Part shown: positions 1 to 10,002 of the stretch, in pieces
Position numbering within the stretch: the stretch's first letter is position 1
Layout: each line of letters opens with the position of its first letter
DNA from: an uncultured Eubacteriales bacterium
Lineage (GTDB): Bacteria > Bacillota > Clostridia > TANB77 > CAG-508
Assembly: GCA_949289635.1 (NCBI GenBank)
Contig: CASEOS010000002.1
Location: 72,136-136,135, forward strand
DNA: 64,000 nt
Direction: 5' to 3'
Made by a program: the position numbers and the translations under genes
The notes under the pieces: generated by a model
What the model was told of the DNA's origin: nothing
Database searches by the model: none
What the model saw: the letters and a program-made list of their open reading frames with translations, nothing else

Positions 1-314
1 ATAACTTTATATAAAAAATGTCCAAAAAGAAACGTCCCCAATTGTCCCAAAGAGAAACACACCTAATCGTCCCCAATTGTTCCATTGCCACAAAAAAAAA
101 AAAGAACTAGATTACTATTATAGGAGAAATCTAGTTCATAAACAAAAAATAATTAATAAATCGATATATAAATATATGATTTATTACTGGTATTTTAGCA
201 AATAAAAGAAAACAAGTCAATAAAAAAACACAAAAAACAACAAATTTCTATAAAATGTTACAAAAGAAATTGATAAAGAAATTTGTTAGAAAAAATTTAT
301 CTAAAAACATAAAT

Positions 315-1811
315 TTATTGATAAATTTCTAAATCTTTAAAGGCTGGCCCATATAGATTTTTACCCATGGCATCATAGCGAGAACCATGGCAAGGACAAT
401 CCCAAGTTTTATCAATGTCATTCCAGGTAAGGAGACATCCCAGATGTGTACAAATGGGATTAATTGCATGAATTTGATTTTCTTTATCTCTGTAAATTCC
501 AACCTTTTTTCCATCTAGCTCAATAATATCTCCTGAATTTGGTTTAATTTTTTCTAAAGAAGCATCTGAAGATTTTAATTTATTTAGCAATAAAGAATTT
601 GTAGAATCAACAATCATATTTTTCACTTCGTCAAAATTTTTAAACAAACCAAATCTTGTAGAATCAAACAAATAAGCATATGGATTTTTTCTTTCGCAAA
701 TTTCATCAACAATTAAATTAGCAGCAACATTAGAAAGTGTCATACCCCATTTTTTAAACCCTGTTCCTACATATACATTTGGTAATAAATTTGAATATTT
801 GCCGATATAGGGAAGTTTATCTAAAGAAATACAATCTTCACTACTCCACTCATATAAAACATCACAATCTGGGTAGTATTGTTTAGCAAAATTTTTCAAG
901 GTATCATAAGGATTTTCAAGAGAATAATTATGACCAGTTTTACTATTACCACTTGCTAATAATAGAATATCTTTTCCATTAAATTTGGCTGTTCTAAAAG
1001 AGTAAATAGGAGAAGAAACATTAATATACATATCATTTAATGCTTCTTTTTTGGTATCTAAGGCAACAATATAAGAAGTAGATTGATACAATTTAGAAAA
1101 ATAAAAACCAGGAACATTCATAAAAGGATAACATGTTGCCATAATAACATGTTTTGCTTTTATCATTTTGCCATTATCTGTATAAACTACATAATTTTTC
1201 TTATCTTTTTCGATATCAACAGCAATTGTATTTGTATAAATTTGTCCATTTTTTTCAATAATTGTATTGGATAATCCTAAAACATATTTTAAAGGATTAA
1301 ATTTAGCTTGATTTTTAAAACATAAAGCACTTTCAACTTCAAATGGTAAAGAAACATTTTTGGTTAACTCTGCATGATAATCTAAACTTTCTAACACCTT
1401 TTGCTCTTTTTTTAATAAATCAACTTCTTCTTTTTTAGTTGTATATACATAACTATCTTGTATTTCAAAGTCACAATCAATTTGTTCTTTATTGATAATA
1501 CTTTCTATATTTTTGATAGCTTTTTCATTTGCTTCTAAATAATCTTTTGCAAAATGCATATCATAAGAAGTGTTCAGATAAGAATAAAATAAACCATGTT
1601 GACTGGTGATTTTACCAGTTGTAAAACTAGTTGTACCTGCCAAATTATTTTTATCAATTAAAATAACTTTAAAACCTAAGTGACTTAGATAATATCCACA
1701 AGTTATTCCAAAAATACCAGCTCCGATAATACAAATATCAGCTTCTAAATTTTTATCTAATGATTCAAATTTTGAAGACCCTTTTACAGAATCTATCCAT
1801 AATGAATTCAT
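315..1811 (-). CDS. FAD-dependent oxidoreductase with a C-terminal Rieske [2Fe-2S] domain
   Basis: N-terminal dinucleotide-binding motif IIGAGIFG. C-terminal CTHLGC...CPCHG Rieske motif (CxH-x17-CxxH). GGTGGAG RBS before ATG at 1811. Confidence 0.7.
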   Translation of the reverse strand: MNSLWIDSVKGSSKFESLDKNLEADICIIGAGIFGITCGYYLSHLGFKVILIDKNNLAGTTSFTTGKITSQHGLFYSYLNTSYDMHFAKDYLEANEKAIKNIESIINKEQIDCDFEIQDSYVYTTKKEEVDLLKKEQKVLESLDYHAELTKNVSLPFEVESALCFKNQAKFNPLKYVLGLSNTIIEKNGQIYTNTIAVDIEKDKKNYVVYTDNGKMIKAKHVIMATCYPFMNVPGFYFSKLYQSTSYIVALDTKKEALNDMYINVSSPIYSFRTAKFNGKDILLLASGNSKTGHNYSLENPYDTLKNFAKQYYPDCDVLYEWSSEDCISLDKLPYIGKYSNLLPNVYVGTGFKKWGMTLSNVAANLIVDEICERKNPYAYLFDSTRFGLFKNFDEVKNMIVDSTNSLLLNKLKSSDASLEKIKPNSGDIIELDGKKVGIYRDKENQIHAINPICTHLGCLLTWNDIDKTWDCPCHGSRYDAMGKNLYGPAFKDLEIYQ

Positions 1812-1997
1812 AAAACTCCACCTTTCGTATATAGTGTCTTACAGTTCAGATCGTTCCTCCTAGATGGGAAGCTCTAATCTGTAACAATAGTATATCCAAA
1901 TTTTTGGAATAAATTATAAAAATAGTGGAAAAATGAATAATATAATGATATACTGTGAAATGATAAAAGAATACATAAGAAAGGAATGATATAAAGT

Positions 1998-3392
1998 ATG
2001 AGTGAAGAATTACAAAAAAAGCTTTTTGATAAAAAGGAAAATGGCTGGGTTTCATTAAATGAAGAAGAAAAACAAAACATTTTCGATTTTTCAAAAGGGT
2101 ATATGAATTTCTTAAATCAAGCTAAGACAGAAAGAGAATTTGTAAAAATGGCAAGGAAACTTGCTGATCAAAATGGATTTAGAGATATCATGGAATTTGA
2201 TACTTTAAAACCAGGAGACAAAATATATTTTGTGAATAGAAATAAAAGTATGTATTTAGCAATTGTTGGAACAGAAAGTATTGAAAAAGGACTACATATT
2301 ATTGGTTCACATGTAGATTCACCAAGATTAGATTTAAAACCAAACCCTTTATATGAAGATACTGAAATGGCATATTTTAATACCCATTATTATGGCGGAA
2401 TCAAAAAATATCAATGGACAACCATTCCACTAAGTATCCATGGAACAATTGTAAAAGCAAATGGAGAAACAATTGATATTTGTATTGGAGAAGATGAACA
2501 TGATCCGATTTTTACCATTACAGATTTATTACCACATCTAGCGCAAGATCAAATGGAGAAAAAATTAAAAAATGGAATTGATGGCGAAGATTTAAATCTT
2601 TTAATAGGAAGTATTCCTTATGGAGAAAAGGGAAAAGACCAAGTAAAATTAAATATTTTAAATATATTAAACCAAAAATATGGTATTACAGAAGCAGATT
2701 TAAAAAGTTCAGAAATCGAATTAGTACCAGCATTTAAAGCTAGAAGTTTAGGATTTGATGAAAGTATGGTAGCGGCATATGGTCAAGATGATAAGGTATG
2801 TGCTTATACCTCACTTGCTGCCATGATGGAATTAGAAAATGTAAAAAATACAGCGGTATGTATACTATCTGATAAAGAAGAAATTGGAAGTATGGGGAAT
2901 ACTGGTATGGAATCACATATGTTTGATTTCTTTATTTCAGAAATGTTAAATAAATTAGGAGTAAACAGACCAAATCTTTTAGATAAAGTATTTTGTTTTT
3001 CTAAAATGTTATCTTCAGATGTAGATGCAGGTTTTGATCCAATTTATGCTTCTGTATCAGATACAACCAACGCAGGATTTTTAGGAAAAGGTATTAGTTT
3101 AAATAAATATACAGGAGCTAGAGGAAAATCAGGTGCTTCTGATGCAAATGCAGAATATGTAGCATGGGTAAGAAATATATTAGAAAAGAATAAGATTCAA
3201 TATCAAATTGCAGAATTAGGAAAAGTCGATATTGGTGGTGGTGGTACCATTGCATATATTATTGCTAATAAAGGAGCAGATGTGATTGATTGCGGTGTCC
3301 CTGTATTATCAATGCATGCACCTTATGAAGTAACAAGTAAATATGATGTTTATTCTGCCTATAAGACATATAAGGCTTTTTGGAATGCATAA
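1998..3392 (+). CDS. M18 family aminopeptidase (aspartyl aminopeptidase-like)
   Basis: 464 aa. GSHVDSPRLDLKP motif typical of M18 aminopeptidases. Intact ORF with hairpin terminator at 3417-3457. Confidence 0.7.
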   Translation: MSEELQKKLFDKKENGWVSLNEEEKQNIFDFSKGYMNFLNQAKTEREFVKMARKLADQNGFRDIMEFDTLKPGDKIYFVNRNKSMYLAIVGTESIEKGLHIIGSHVDSPRLDLKPNPLYEDTEMAYFNTHYYGGIKKYQWTTIPLSIHGTIVKANGETIDICIGEDEHDPIFTITDLLPHLAQDQMEKKLKNGIDGEDLNLLIGSIPYGEKGKDQVKLNILNILNQKYGITEADLKSSEIELVPAFKARSLGFDESMVAAYGQDDKVCAYTSLAAMMELENVKNTAVCILSDKEEIGSMGNTGMESHMFDFFISEMLNKLGVNRPNLLDKVFCFSKMLSSDVDAGFDPIYASVSDTTNAGFLGKGISLNKYTGARGKSGASDANAEYVAWVRNILEKNKIQYQIAELGKVDIGGGGTIAYIIANKGADVIDCGVPVLSMHAPYEVTSKYDVYSAYKTYKAFWNA

Positions 3393-3416
3393 ATTAGAAA
3401 ATAATTATAATTAAAA

Positions 3417-3457
3417 AAGGCTATAATTTTGAACACAATTACAAAATTATAGTCTTT
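3417..3457 (+). terminator. rho-independent terminator-like hairpin after the aminopeptidase gene
   Basis: GCTATAATTTTG ... CAAAATTATAGTC stem followed by T-run. Confidence 0.5.
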
Positions 3458-3490
3458 TATGCATTTATGAAAAAACAATATATGATGAAC

Positions 3491-3832
3491 TTATTTAAAT
3501 TTAATCAATAAATCAATCATATTATCAACAAAATTAAGTTTTTCTTCTGATAGTTGATTTAATTTTTCAGATATTTCAACTTGTTTGACAATGTCCCTGT
3601 TTGTCATAAGCTCTTTAAAAATAGTATTAGGAGTAATACCTAAAATATTCATATAATTAATTAAAGTCTGGGTTTTAATTCCACTATATCCGTTTTCAAT
3701 TCTAGATATATATTTTAAAGAAATTCCAAGCTTTTCTGCCATAACTTCTTGAGTATAGCCATTTTTCACTCTAAAATCTTTTAATATTTTTCCAAATGTT
3801 TTATCAATATCACTTTTTGAGATAGAATTCAT
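3491..3832 (-). CDS. XRE-family helix-turn-helix transcriptional regulator
   Basis: HTH_3 motif (TQEVMAEKLGISLKYISRIENG). GGAGG RBS before internal ATG (MNSISK), so start placed at 3832 rather than 3886. Confidence 0.65.
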   Translation of the reverse strand: MNSISKSDIDKTFGKILKDFRVKNGYTQEVMAEKLGISLKYISRIENGYSGIKTQTLINYMNILGITPNTIFKELMTNRDIVKQVEISEKLNQLSEEKLNFVDNMIDLLIKFK

Positions 3833-4046
3833 TTTATTCCTCCATAATTCAAAAGTATTATTATAAGTATAACAAGCTGATAGCAAACATAAAACACAGT
3901 AATAATATAAGAAAAAAATAATAAAAATATTCTAAAAAATATTAAAAAACTTGAAAAATATAACTACTAATGATAATATTAATTAAAACACAATGTATAA
4001 CTAAAAGTTATACAAGAAAAATCAATAGGTGGAGAAATAATTAGAA

Positions 4047-4361
4047 ATGATAAAAAATGAAGAATATATAGATTATTTAAAAAAAGTAATATCTTGTGTT
4101 AGTAATGGGGACTATTATTCAATAAAAGAATTATCTGTTTTAAAGTTAAATACATTAAATGAAGAAACTAAAGAAATGAAGAAAAATCTACATAAATTCG
4201 TTAGAAAAAATACTGACAAAAAAGAAACAAAAAATTCTGATAAACAAGAAGTTTTTCATATTGTTAATTTATATATAGATTATTTATTTAATGAAATAAA
4301 AGAACGTCAAGGAACCCAAAAGATTGCTTCTATAGAAGAATTTATTCAAGAAATGCAATAG
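4047..4361 (+). CDS. hypothetical protein
   Basis: 104 aa ORF with upstream GGTGGAG and terminator hairpin at 4367-4398. No recognisable domain. Confidence 0.35.
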   Translation: MIKNEEYIDYLKKVISCVSNGDYYSIKELSVLKLNTLNEETKEMKKNLHKFVRKNTDKKETKNSDKQEVFHIVNLYIDYLFNEIKERQGTQKIASIEEFIQEMQ

Positions 4362-4483
4362 ATATAAAATGACATATAGCAAAATATGTCATTTTAAAAA
4401 TATAAAAATTATCGAAAAACAATAAAAAAATATTGACAAATAATAAAAAGTTGAATAAAATAGTATCCATAGGAGGTAAGTTT

Positions 4484-5935
4484 ATGGATTCGATTTTTAT
4501 TTGTGGAATTATTTTTAGTATATGGCAATCTATATTATTTTGGGAAAAAGAACCAGGAATTTCAGTATTACTATTTGTGAGTTCTTTTATGATAGGGCTA
4601 ATATATGTAATGTATAAACATAAAAAAGTAAAAAATAAAAAAGCATTCATATTGGCAATTCCCATTATTTTATTAAGTGCTACATATTTTATGTATCATA
4701 ATACATTGTTTCAAGCTATCAATGTACTTGTGATTGTGTTTTTAACGATGATTATGTGTATATATGCTACTAGATGGCATGTTAAAGTACAAGAACTCTT
4801 AGTCAAGGTAATAGAATTGCTAGCAGGAAGTTTTGAAAGTATTAGTGATGTGATAGACAGTTTAAAAAATAAATTTAAGAAAAAAGAAGATATCGAAAAC
4901 GAGAAATCTGCTAAACTAAAACAAGGCATAAAATCATTTGTATATGCCGTTCCAGTGATTTTCATAGTTTTCATATTATTAATGTCGGCAGATAGTATAT
5001 TTGCTAATATATTTGAAGGAATATTTGGAGAATTTCAAAATATTTTTATGGCAGAAAATTTTGTGATGTTTTGTTTAAGATTCTGTATTATGATAATATT
5101 TTTCTTTATTTTTTCAGGATTTTTTGTCAATCTATTAGAAAAAGATACTATGTTTAACAGTGAAAGTGAAGAAAAGATAATAGAAATTCATGTAGAGAAA
5201 ATGACAATTAACATGATATTAACCATTTTAAATATATTTTATTTGATTTTTAGTATTATACAATTTACCAGTTTATTTTCTAACATGAATACAAATGATT
5301 TGGATTATGCAACATATGCAAGACAAGGTTTTTTCCAACTTATGATTATATCTTTGATTAATATTGTGATGATAATACTTGCAAAAGTAAATAAAGGAGA
5401 TACAAGTAATTATACAAAAGGAATGACCATAATAACATTGTTATTTACAATTGTTATTTTACTATCTGCATTTTTCAGAATGAATTTATATGAAAAAGCA
5501 TATGGATATACTTATTTAAGATTATTTGTTTATTATATTTTAGCAACAGAATTCATTTTGATTTTACCAATAGGGTTATGGATATTAGATAAAAAGATAG
5601 ATATATTAAAATGGACAATAGGAATTGTAACGGTTATGTATCTAATATTAAATTTTTCAAATATAGAATCCACAATTGCAAAACGAAATGTGGATAGATA
5701 TTTTGAAAACCAGGAAGAAAATGAAATTGATTTAGAATATTTATTCCATCATACAGGAACAGATGCAATTGGACAGATTAAACGATTATTAAATGCAAAA
5801 GATGAAAATGTAGTGATAAGGACAAAAGAATATTTACTTCGTGAAAAGGAAGAATTACAAAATACAGAAATGAGTTGGCAAGAAACCAACTTATCTGAAA
5901 TAAAAGCAAAAGAGAAACTTATGAATATTAGGTAG
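4484..5935 (+). CDS. polytopic membrane protein (DUF4153-like)
   Basis: 483 aa with many hydrophobic segments. GGAGG RBS before ATG at 4484. Usual partner of a DUF2975 protein plus small XRE regulator. Confidence 0.45.
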   Translation: MDSIFICGIIFSIWQSILFWEKEPGISVLLFVSSFMIGLIYVMYKHKKVKNKKAFILAIPIILLSATYFMYHNTLFQAINVLVIVFLTMIMCIYATRWHVKVQELLVKVIELLAGSFESISDVIDSLKNKFKKKEDIENEKSAKLKQGIKSFVYAVPVIFIVFILLMSADSIFANIFEGIFGEFQNIFMAENFVMFCLRFCIMIIFFFIFSGFFVNLLEKDTMFNSESEEKIIEIHVEKMTINMILTILNIFYLIFSIIQFTSLFSNMNTNDLDYATYARQGFFQLMIISLINIVMIILAKVNKGDTSNYTKGMTIITLLFTIVILLSAFFRMNLYEKAYGYTYLRLFVYYILATEFILILPIGLWILDKKIDILKWTIGIVTVMYLILNFSNIESTIAKRNVDRYFENQEENEIDLEYLFHHTGTDAIGQIKRLLNAKDENVVIRTKEYLLREKEELQNTEMSWQETNLSEIKAKEKLMNIR

Positions 5936-5947
5936 GGGGAATTTGTT

Positions 5948-6442
5948 ATGAAAATTTTAGGAAAGAACAGTTTATCATCAGTTGTTATGCTATTTTTATG
6001 TGTATTGTTAATACTTTGTATAATTGCAATTGTAGCAGGAGGTATATTTGTATTAAGTAATTTTGCATTTTTTATAAAAGATTTATTAAGTATTACTTAT
6101 ATTTTGATTTATGTATCAGCCATACCAGCATTGGTTATGATTATTGCATTTTTACAAATATTTCATACCTTAAAACAAGGAAATCCATTTGAAAAGAAAA
6201 ATATAAAAAGATTAGGAATTAGTTACATATTTTCTATTATAATAGGGGGAATATATGCTATTAATGTACTTTTAATTTATTTAGGTGTTGGAATGGTACA
6301 AGAAAGATTTTTCATCATATATCCATTAGCAAATGTAGATATATCTATTATATTCTTAATATTTGGAATAGGTCTGGTTGTTTTAAAAGAGATTTATAGA
6401 AAAGCAATTGAATATAAAGATGAAAATGATTTAACCATATAA
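5948..6442 (+). CDS. DUF2975-like small membrane protein
   Basis: 164 aa with 4-5 TM segments, immediately upstream of a 68-aa HTH regulator (conserved pairing). Confidence 0.45.
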   Translation: MKILGKNSLSSVVMLFLCVLLILCIIAIVAGGIFVLSNFAFFIKDLLSITYILIYVSAIPALVMIIAFLQIFHTLKQGNPFEKKNIKRLGISYIFSIIIGGIYAINVLLIYLGVGMVQERFFIIYPLANVDISIIFLIFGIGLVVLKEIYRKAIEYKDENDLTI

Positions 6443-6455
6443 AGGAGGGAAAGAT

Positions 6456-6662
6456 ATGTCAATTGTTGTCAATTTAGATGTTATGTTAGCAAAAAGAAAA
6501 ATGAGTTCACAAGAATTAGCAGAAAAAATAGGAATTACACAAGCAAATCTTTCCATATTAAAAACAAATAAAGGCAAGGCCATTCGATTTTCAACATTAG
6601 AGGCCATCTGTAAAGTATTACATTGTACGCCTGGAGATATTTTGGAATATAGGGAAGATTAA
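6456..6662 (+). CDS. small XRE/YozG-like HTH transcriptional regulator
   Basis: 68 aa. HTH motif SSQELAEKIGITQANLSILKTNKG. AAGGAGG RBS. Confidence 0.7.
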   Translation: MSIVVNLDVMLAKRKMSSQELAEKIGITQANLSILKTNKGKAIRFSTLEAICKVLHCTPGDILEYRED

Positions 6663-6723
6663 GAAGAGATTGCTTATAAGTTCTTCAACCATCATTATTT
6701 TTTAGAAAGTGAGTAAACTGGAA

Positions 6724-7356
6724 ATGCAAAAACCAAAATTATTCAAAATGGAAGAAATAGCAGATTTTGAAAAAGAAATGATAGAAAACTCTGAAAAATT
6801 TGAAATAAGAGAAAAACAATTTAAAGATATAGAAGAGGAAAATATAAAAGCAGAAAAATATGAATTTAGAAATTGTATTTTTGAATCTTGCAAAATGATA
6901 CACTCTAATTTTGAAAATGGTTATTTTTCAGATGTTATATTTCAAAATTGTGATTTTTCAAATTCAAATTTTAGTAAGGCAGGATTTAATCGAGTAGAAT
7001 TTATCAATTGTAAGTTAACTGGATGTGAATGGATAGAAGCAGATATACTTAATACATATGTCAGAGAATCCAATTTTTCTTATGTGAATTTTTCAGAGGC
7101 AAATTTTAGAGATGTAAAAATAGAGGCTACAAATTTACAAAGTAGTAGTATGAATGAAGTGACATGGAAAAATATTGTATTTTCAGAATGTAATCTCACT
7201 AAATCTGAATTGGTTAGAACAAAATTAAAAGGAATTGATTTTTCTACATGTGAATTTAATGGGATTACTGTGAACATATCAGATTTAAATGGTGCTATTG
7301 TGAATGAATTTCAAGCATTGGAATTATCAAAATTATTAGGATTGAAAATTAAATAG
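6724..7356 (+). CDS. pentapeptide-repeat protein
   Basis: Tandem A(D/N)LXX-type pentapeptide repeats (NCDFSNSNFSKAGFNRVEFINCKLTGCEW...). Start uncertain (GTG 6709 vs ATG 6724). Confidence 0.55.
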   Translation: MQKPKLFKMEEIADFEKEMIENSEKFEIREKQFKDIEEENIKAEKYEFRNCIFESCKMIHSNFENGYFSDVIFQNCDFSNSNFSKAGFNRVEFINCKLTGCEWIEADILNTYVRESNFSYVNFSEANFRDVKIEATNLQSSSMNEVTWKNIVFSECNLTKSELVRTKLKGIDFSTCEFNGITVNISDLNGAIVNEFQALELSKLLGLKIK

Positions 7357-7387
7357 AAAAATAAAAAATTAGAGGGAGAGAATAAAT

Positions 7388-7855
7388 ATGTCATTTATAA
7401 AAGCAAAAGAGTATTTAGAAACATATGGATTAGGAAACAAAATTATGGAATTTTCAGTTTCTTCAGCAACAGTAGAAGAAGCGGCAAAAGCAGTAAATTG
7501 CAAAGAAGAGGAGATTGCCAAAACATTATCTTTTATCGTAGAAGATAAACCAATTTTAATTGTAGTAGCAGGAGATAAAAAGATAGATAATCCGAAATAT
7601 AAAGCAGAATTTCACACAAAGGCAAAAATGATACCATTTGATGATGTTGAAAGATTAGTGGGACATGAAGTGGGAGGTGTTTGTCCTTTTGGAATTAAGG
7701 ATGGTGTACAAGTATATTTAGATGATTCACTAAAAAGATTTTCTGTGATTTATCCTGCTTGTGGAAGTTCTAATAGTGCAATAAAATTAACGATTGCAGA
7801 ATTAGAAAATACATCAAATTATAAAAAATGGATAGACGTGTGTAAAGATATCTAG
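7388..7855 (+). CDS. YbaK/EbsC-family aminoacyl-tRNA deacylase
   Basis: 155 aa with HEVGGVCPFG motif. Good RBS. Confidence 0.65.
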   Translation: MSFIKAKEYLETYGLGNKIMEFSVSSATVEEAAKAVNCKEEEIAKTLSFIVEDKPILIVVAGDKKIDNPKYKAEFHTKAKMIPFDDVERLVGHEVGGVCPFGIKDGVQVYLDDSLKRFSVIYPACGSSNSAIKLTIAELENTSNYKKWIDVCKDI

Positions 7856-7865
7856 AAATAAATAA

Positions 7866-7900
7866 AAAAATATTACTAGTTTTTTACTAGTAATATTTTT
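7866..7900. terminator. bidirectional hairpin terminator
   Basis: AATATTACTAG-TTTTT-TACTAGTAATATT perfect palindrome flanked by A/T runs. Confidence 0.55.
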
Positions 7901-7915
7901 TTATAGTTATCATTA

Positions 7916-7961
7916 TGGTGAGCCAGGAGGGATTCGAACCCCCGACCCTTGGCTTAGAAGG
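7916..7961 (-). repeat. 46-nt direct repeat: duplicated 3' end of tRNA-Arg (attachment-site repeat at the left end of the integrated element)
   Basis: Identical to 54206-54251 (T-arm, acceptor stem and CCA of the intact tRNA). Confidence 0.8.
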
Positions 7962-8099
7962 ATTTTACTCTTTTTTCCTAGTAGTCTTTATTAAGATTAG
8001 ATGAGTTTAATATATCACAAGTGGCTGTAAGCATTTAAAAGAAAAAAACGTAAAAATATTGAAAAATAAGGAATCTAAAAAATACAAAACTTTTGACAA

Positions 8100-8120
8100 T
8101 TTGTTAGAGTTTTGTTAGAG
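8100..8120 (+). repeat. tandem TTTGTTAGAG motifs (arm-type recombinase-binding-site candidates)
   Basis: Same 10-mer pairs recur at 54163-54193 and 54304-54326 near the other attachment end. Confidence 0.4.
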
Positions 8121-8293
8121 AAATTTTAAAAAGTAAGTATCTAATCACTATATATAAATTATAAAGAATGGAGATGTTAAAATGTTTCAATTTATAATTG
8201 GTTTTATTTTAGGGGCTAATATAGGCCTCTTTTTATATGCTCTAATTTTATCAGGAGCAAAAGAAGATAAACTAATGGAAAAGGAGGTTAATC

Positions 8294-8992
8294 GTGAATG
8301 AGGAAAATAAAAATAATTATTATGCAATCATACCGGCTACGGTTAGATATAACTTAGATTTAAAACCAAATGAGAAATTGCTTTATGGAGAAATAACAGC
8401 ACTTGCCAATTCAAAAGGTTTTTGTTTTGCAAATAATAGATACTTTGCAAAATTATATAAAGTAACTATTCATACAGTTTCTCAATGGATAAGTCATTTA
8501 GAAAAACTAGGATATGTAAAAATTGAACTAATAAGAGATAATAAAAAAGAAATTAAAGAAAGAAGAATATATATTTGTGATAACCCCTATATACAAAAAG
8601 ATACATACCCCTATGTATCAAAAAATACATACCCTATATACAAAAAAGTACAGGATAATAATATAAATATTAAAATAGATGATTTATTTTTATTTATTAT
8701 AAATAACAGTGATAAAATTTCAAATGAATTTTACACAATTATAAATAAATTAGAATTTAACTATACAACAGATATATTATCAATTATGCAAGAGGATAAA
8801 ATACAAATGATAAAAGAAATAATATTTACACTATTTTGTATATACAATAATGATTTCAAATATATATTACCAATTTTAAATAGAGATGAACTAATTAATA
8901 TTTATATTATTTCAAAAGAACATAATCCTAGTGATTTTTTAAACTATTATAAAATGGCTATAATAAATAAATATACTAAAAATACTACATAA
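8294..8992 (+). CDS. RepA_N-family replication initiator-like protein
   Basis: N-terminal YYAIIPATVRYNLDLKPNEKLLYGEITALANSKGFCFANNRYFAKLY matches the RepA_N family of Firmicutes plasmids and ICEs. GTG start 6 nt after AAGGAGG. Confidence 0.55.
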   Translation: MNEENKNNYYAIIPATVRYNLDLKPNEKLLYGEITALANSKGFCFANNRYFAKLYKVTIHTVSQWISHLEKLGYVKIELIRDNKKEIKERRIYICDNPYIQKDTYPYVSKNTYPIYKKVQDNNINIKIDDLFLFIINNSDKISNEFYTIINKLEFNYTTDILSIMQEDKIQMIKEIIFTLFCIYNNDFKYILPILNRDELINIYIISKEHNPSDFLNYYKMAIINKYTKNTT

Positions 8993-9005
8993 GAGGTGAT
9001 TTCTA

Positions 9006-9254
9006 ATGTTTGAAAATTATATGAATAATTTTAATAATATTTTATCTTCATTTTTTTATATGGCATTTATATCAATACTTGTATTGTTAGTAGTCCTACT
9101 AATAATTTCACTATTATTACTTATATTTGGATGCCTTATAAAATCACAAACATTAAAATCTAAATTCCTAAAAGCAGTACCATTTTTAATAATTGGTATT
9201 TTTTTTATATTTTTAATGCCTATTTTATACTTGAAATTTAAAAGTATGATTTAA
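9006..9254 (+). CDS. small membrane protein
   Basis: 82 aa with two hydrophobic helices, inside the conjugation module. Confidence 0.3.
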   Translation: MFENYMNNFNNILSSFFYMAFISILVLLVVLLIISLLLLIFGCLIKSQTLKSKFLKAVPFLIIGIFFIFLMPILYLKFKSMI

Positions 9255-9309
9255 AAGTGTGTTGTCTTATAAAATAAACCCTAATATTTTAATTGGAGAT
9301 GATAAAATT

Positions 9310-9700
9310 ATGAATTTAAGTAAAAGGAAAAAGAATGTTTTAAGTAAATTGTCTACAATAGGAACAACAATTACTCTAATTGCAATAAAGACAAATATGG
9401 TATTAGCAGCAGAAACTTCTGGAATTGGAACTGCTGAAGTACAAACTGCAACTGATAATATAAAAAGGGTAATTACTTCTATTGCAATGCCATTACGGTG
9501 GTGTACTGATTTTTGCAAGTGTAGTAATTGCAGCAATTAAAATGATTGCTAATTCAAATAATCCACAAAAGAGAAGTGAAAGCATAGGAAGTCTTGCATG
9601 GATTTGTGGAGGTGGAGTTATTCTTGGTGCAAGTTTAATTATTGCAGGAATTATAATAAATATTGCAACAAATAACAGTGGAAACCTACTTGGTAGTTAG
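9310..9700 (+). pseudogene. VirB2/TrbC-like conjugative pilin, disrupted by a +1 frameshift at about 9496
   Basis: Signal-like N-terminus, then ...AIKMIANSNNPQKRSE...GGGVILGASLIIAGI typical of Gram-positive TrbC/VirB2-family proteins. Split between frame 1 (9310-9540) and frame 2 (9482-9700). Removing C at 9496 gives AMPLGGVLIFASVV. Confidence 0.55.
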
Positions 9701-9711
9701 GTGGTGAAAGT

Positions 9712-10002
9712 ATGAGAATATTTAAAGTTCCTTTTGATATTAAAAGAGAAGAAAAAATATTTGGAGGATATCTTAGTTTAAGACAAGTAATATATTTAAT
9801 GCTATCTGCATCAAGTTTATCAATTTTAGCAACACAAATTCCTATGGTATTTAAAATATTATTTATAAGCATAATAGGATTATTTTTTATACTATGTGCT
9901 TTTTTAAAAATAAATGAACAATATTTTGATAAACTATTTTTCTATGCTTTTAAATATGCCTTTCGTAAAAAAATCTACTTATATGAGAGGTGTGGCAAAT
10001 GA
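9712..10002 (+). CDS. PrgI/VirB3-like small T4SS membrane protein
   Basis: 96 aa. FKVPFDIKREEKIFGGYLSLRQ followed by two TM helices, as in the PrgI family. Confidence 0.45.
   Translation: MRIFKVPFDIKREEKIFGGYLSLRQVIYLMLSASSLSILATQIPMVFKILFISIIGLFFILCAFLKINEQYFDKLFFYAFKYAFRKKIYLYERCGK

Noticed and set aside
8183-8300. 39-aa hydrophobic mini-ORF (MFQFIIGFILGANIGLFLYALILSGAKEDKLMEKEVNRE) upstream of RepA_N as a type I toxin or small membrane protein
   Set aside because: No RBS at an appropriate distance and it overlaps the RepA_N RBS/start. Could equally be a chance ORF in the replication-gene leader. Left unannotated.
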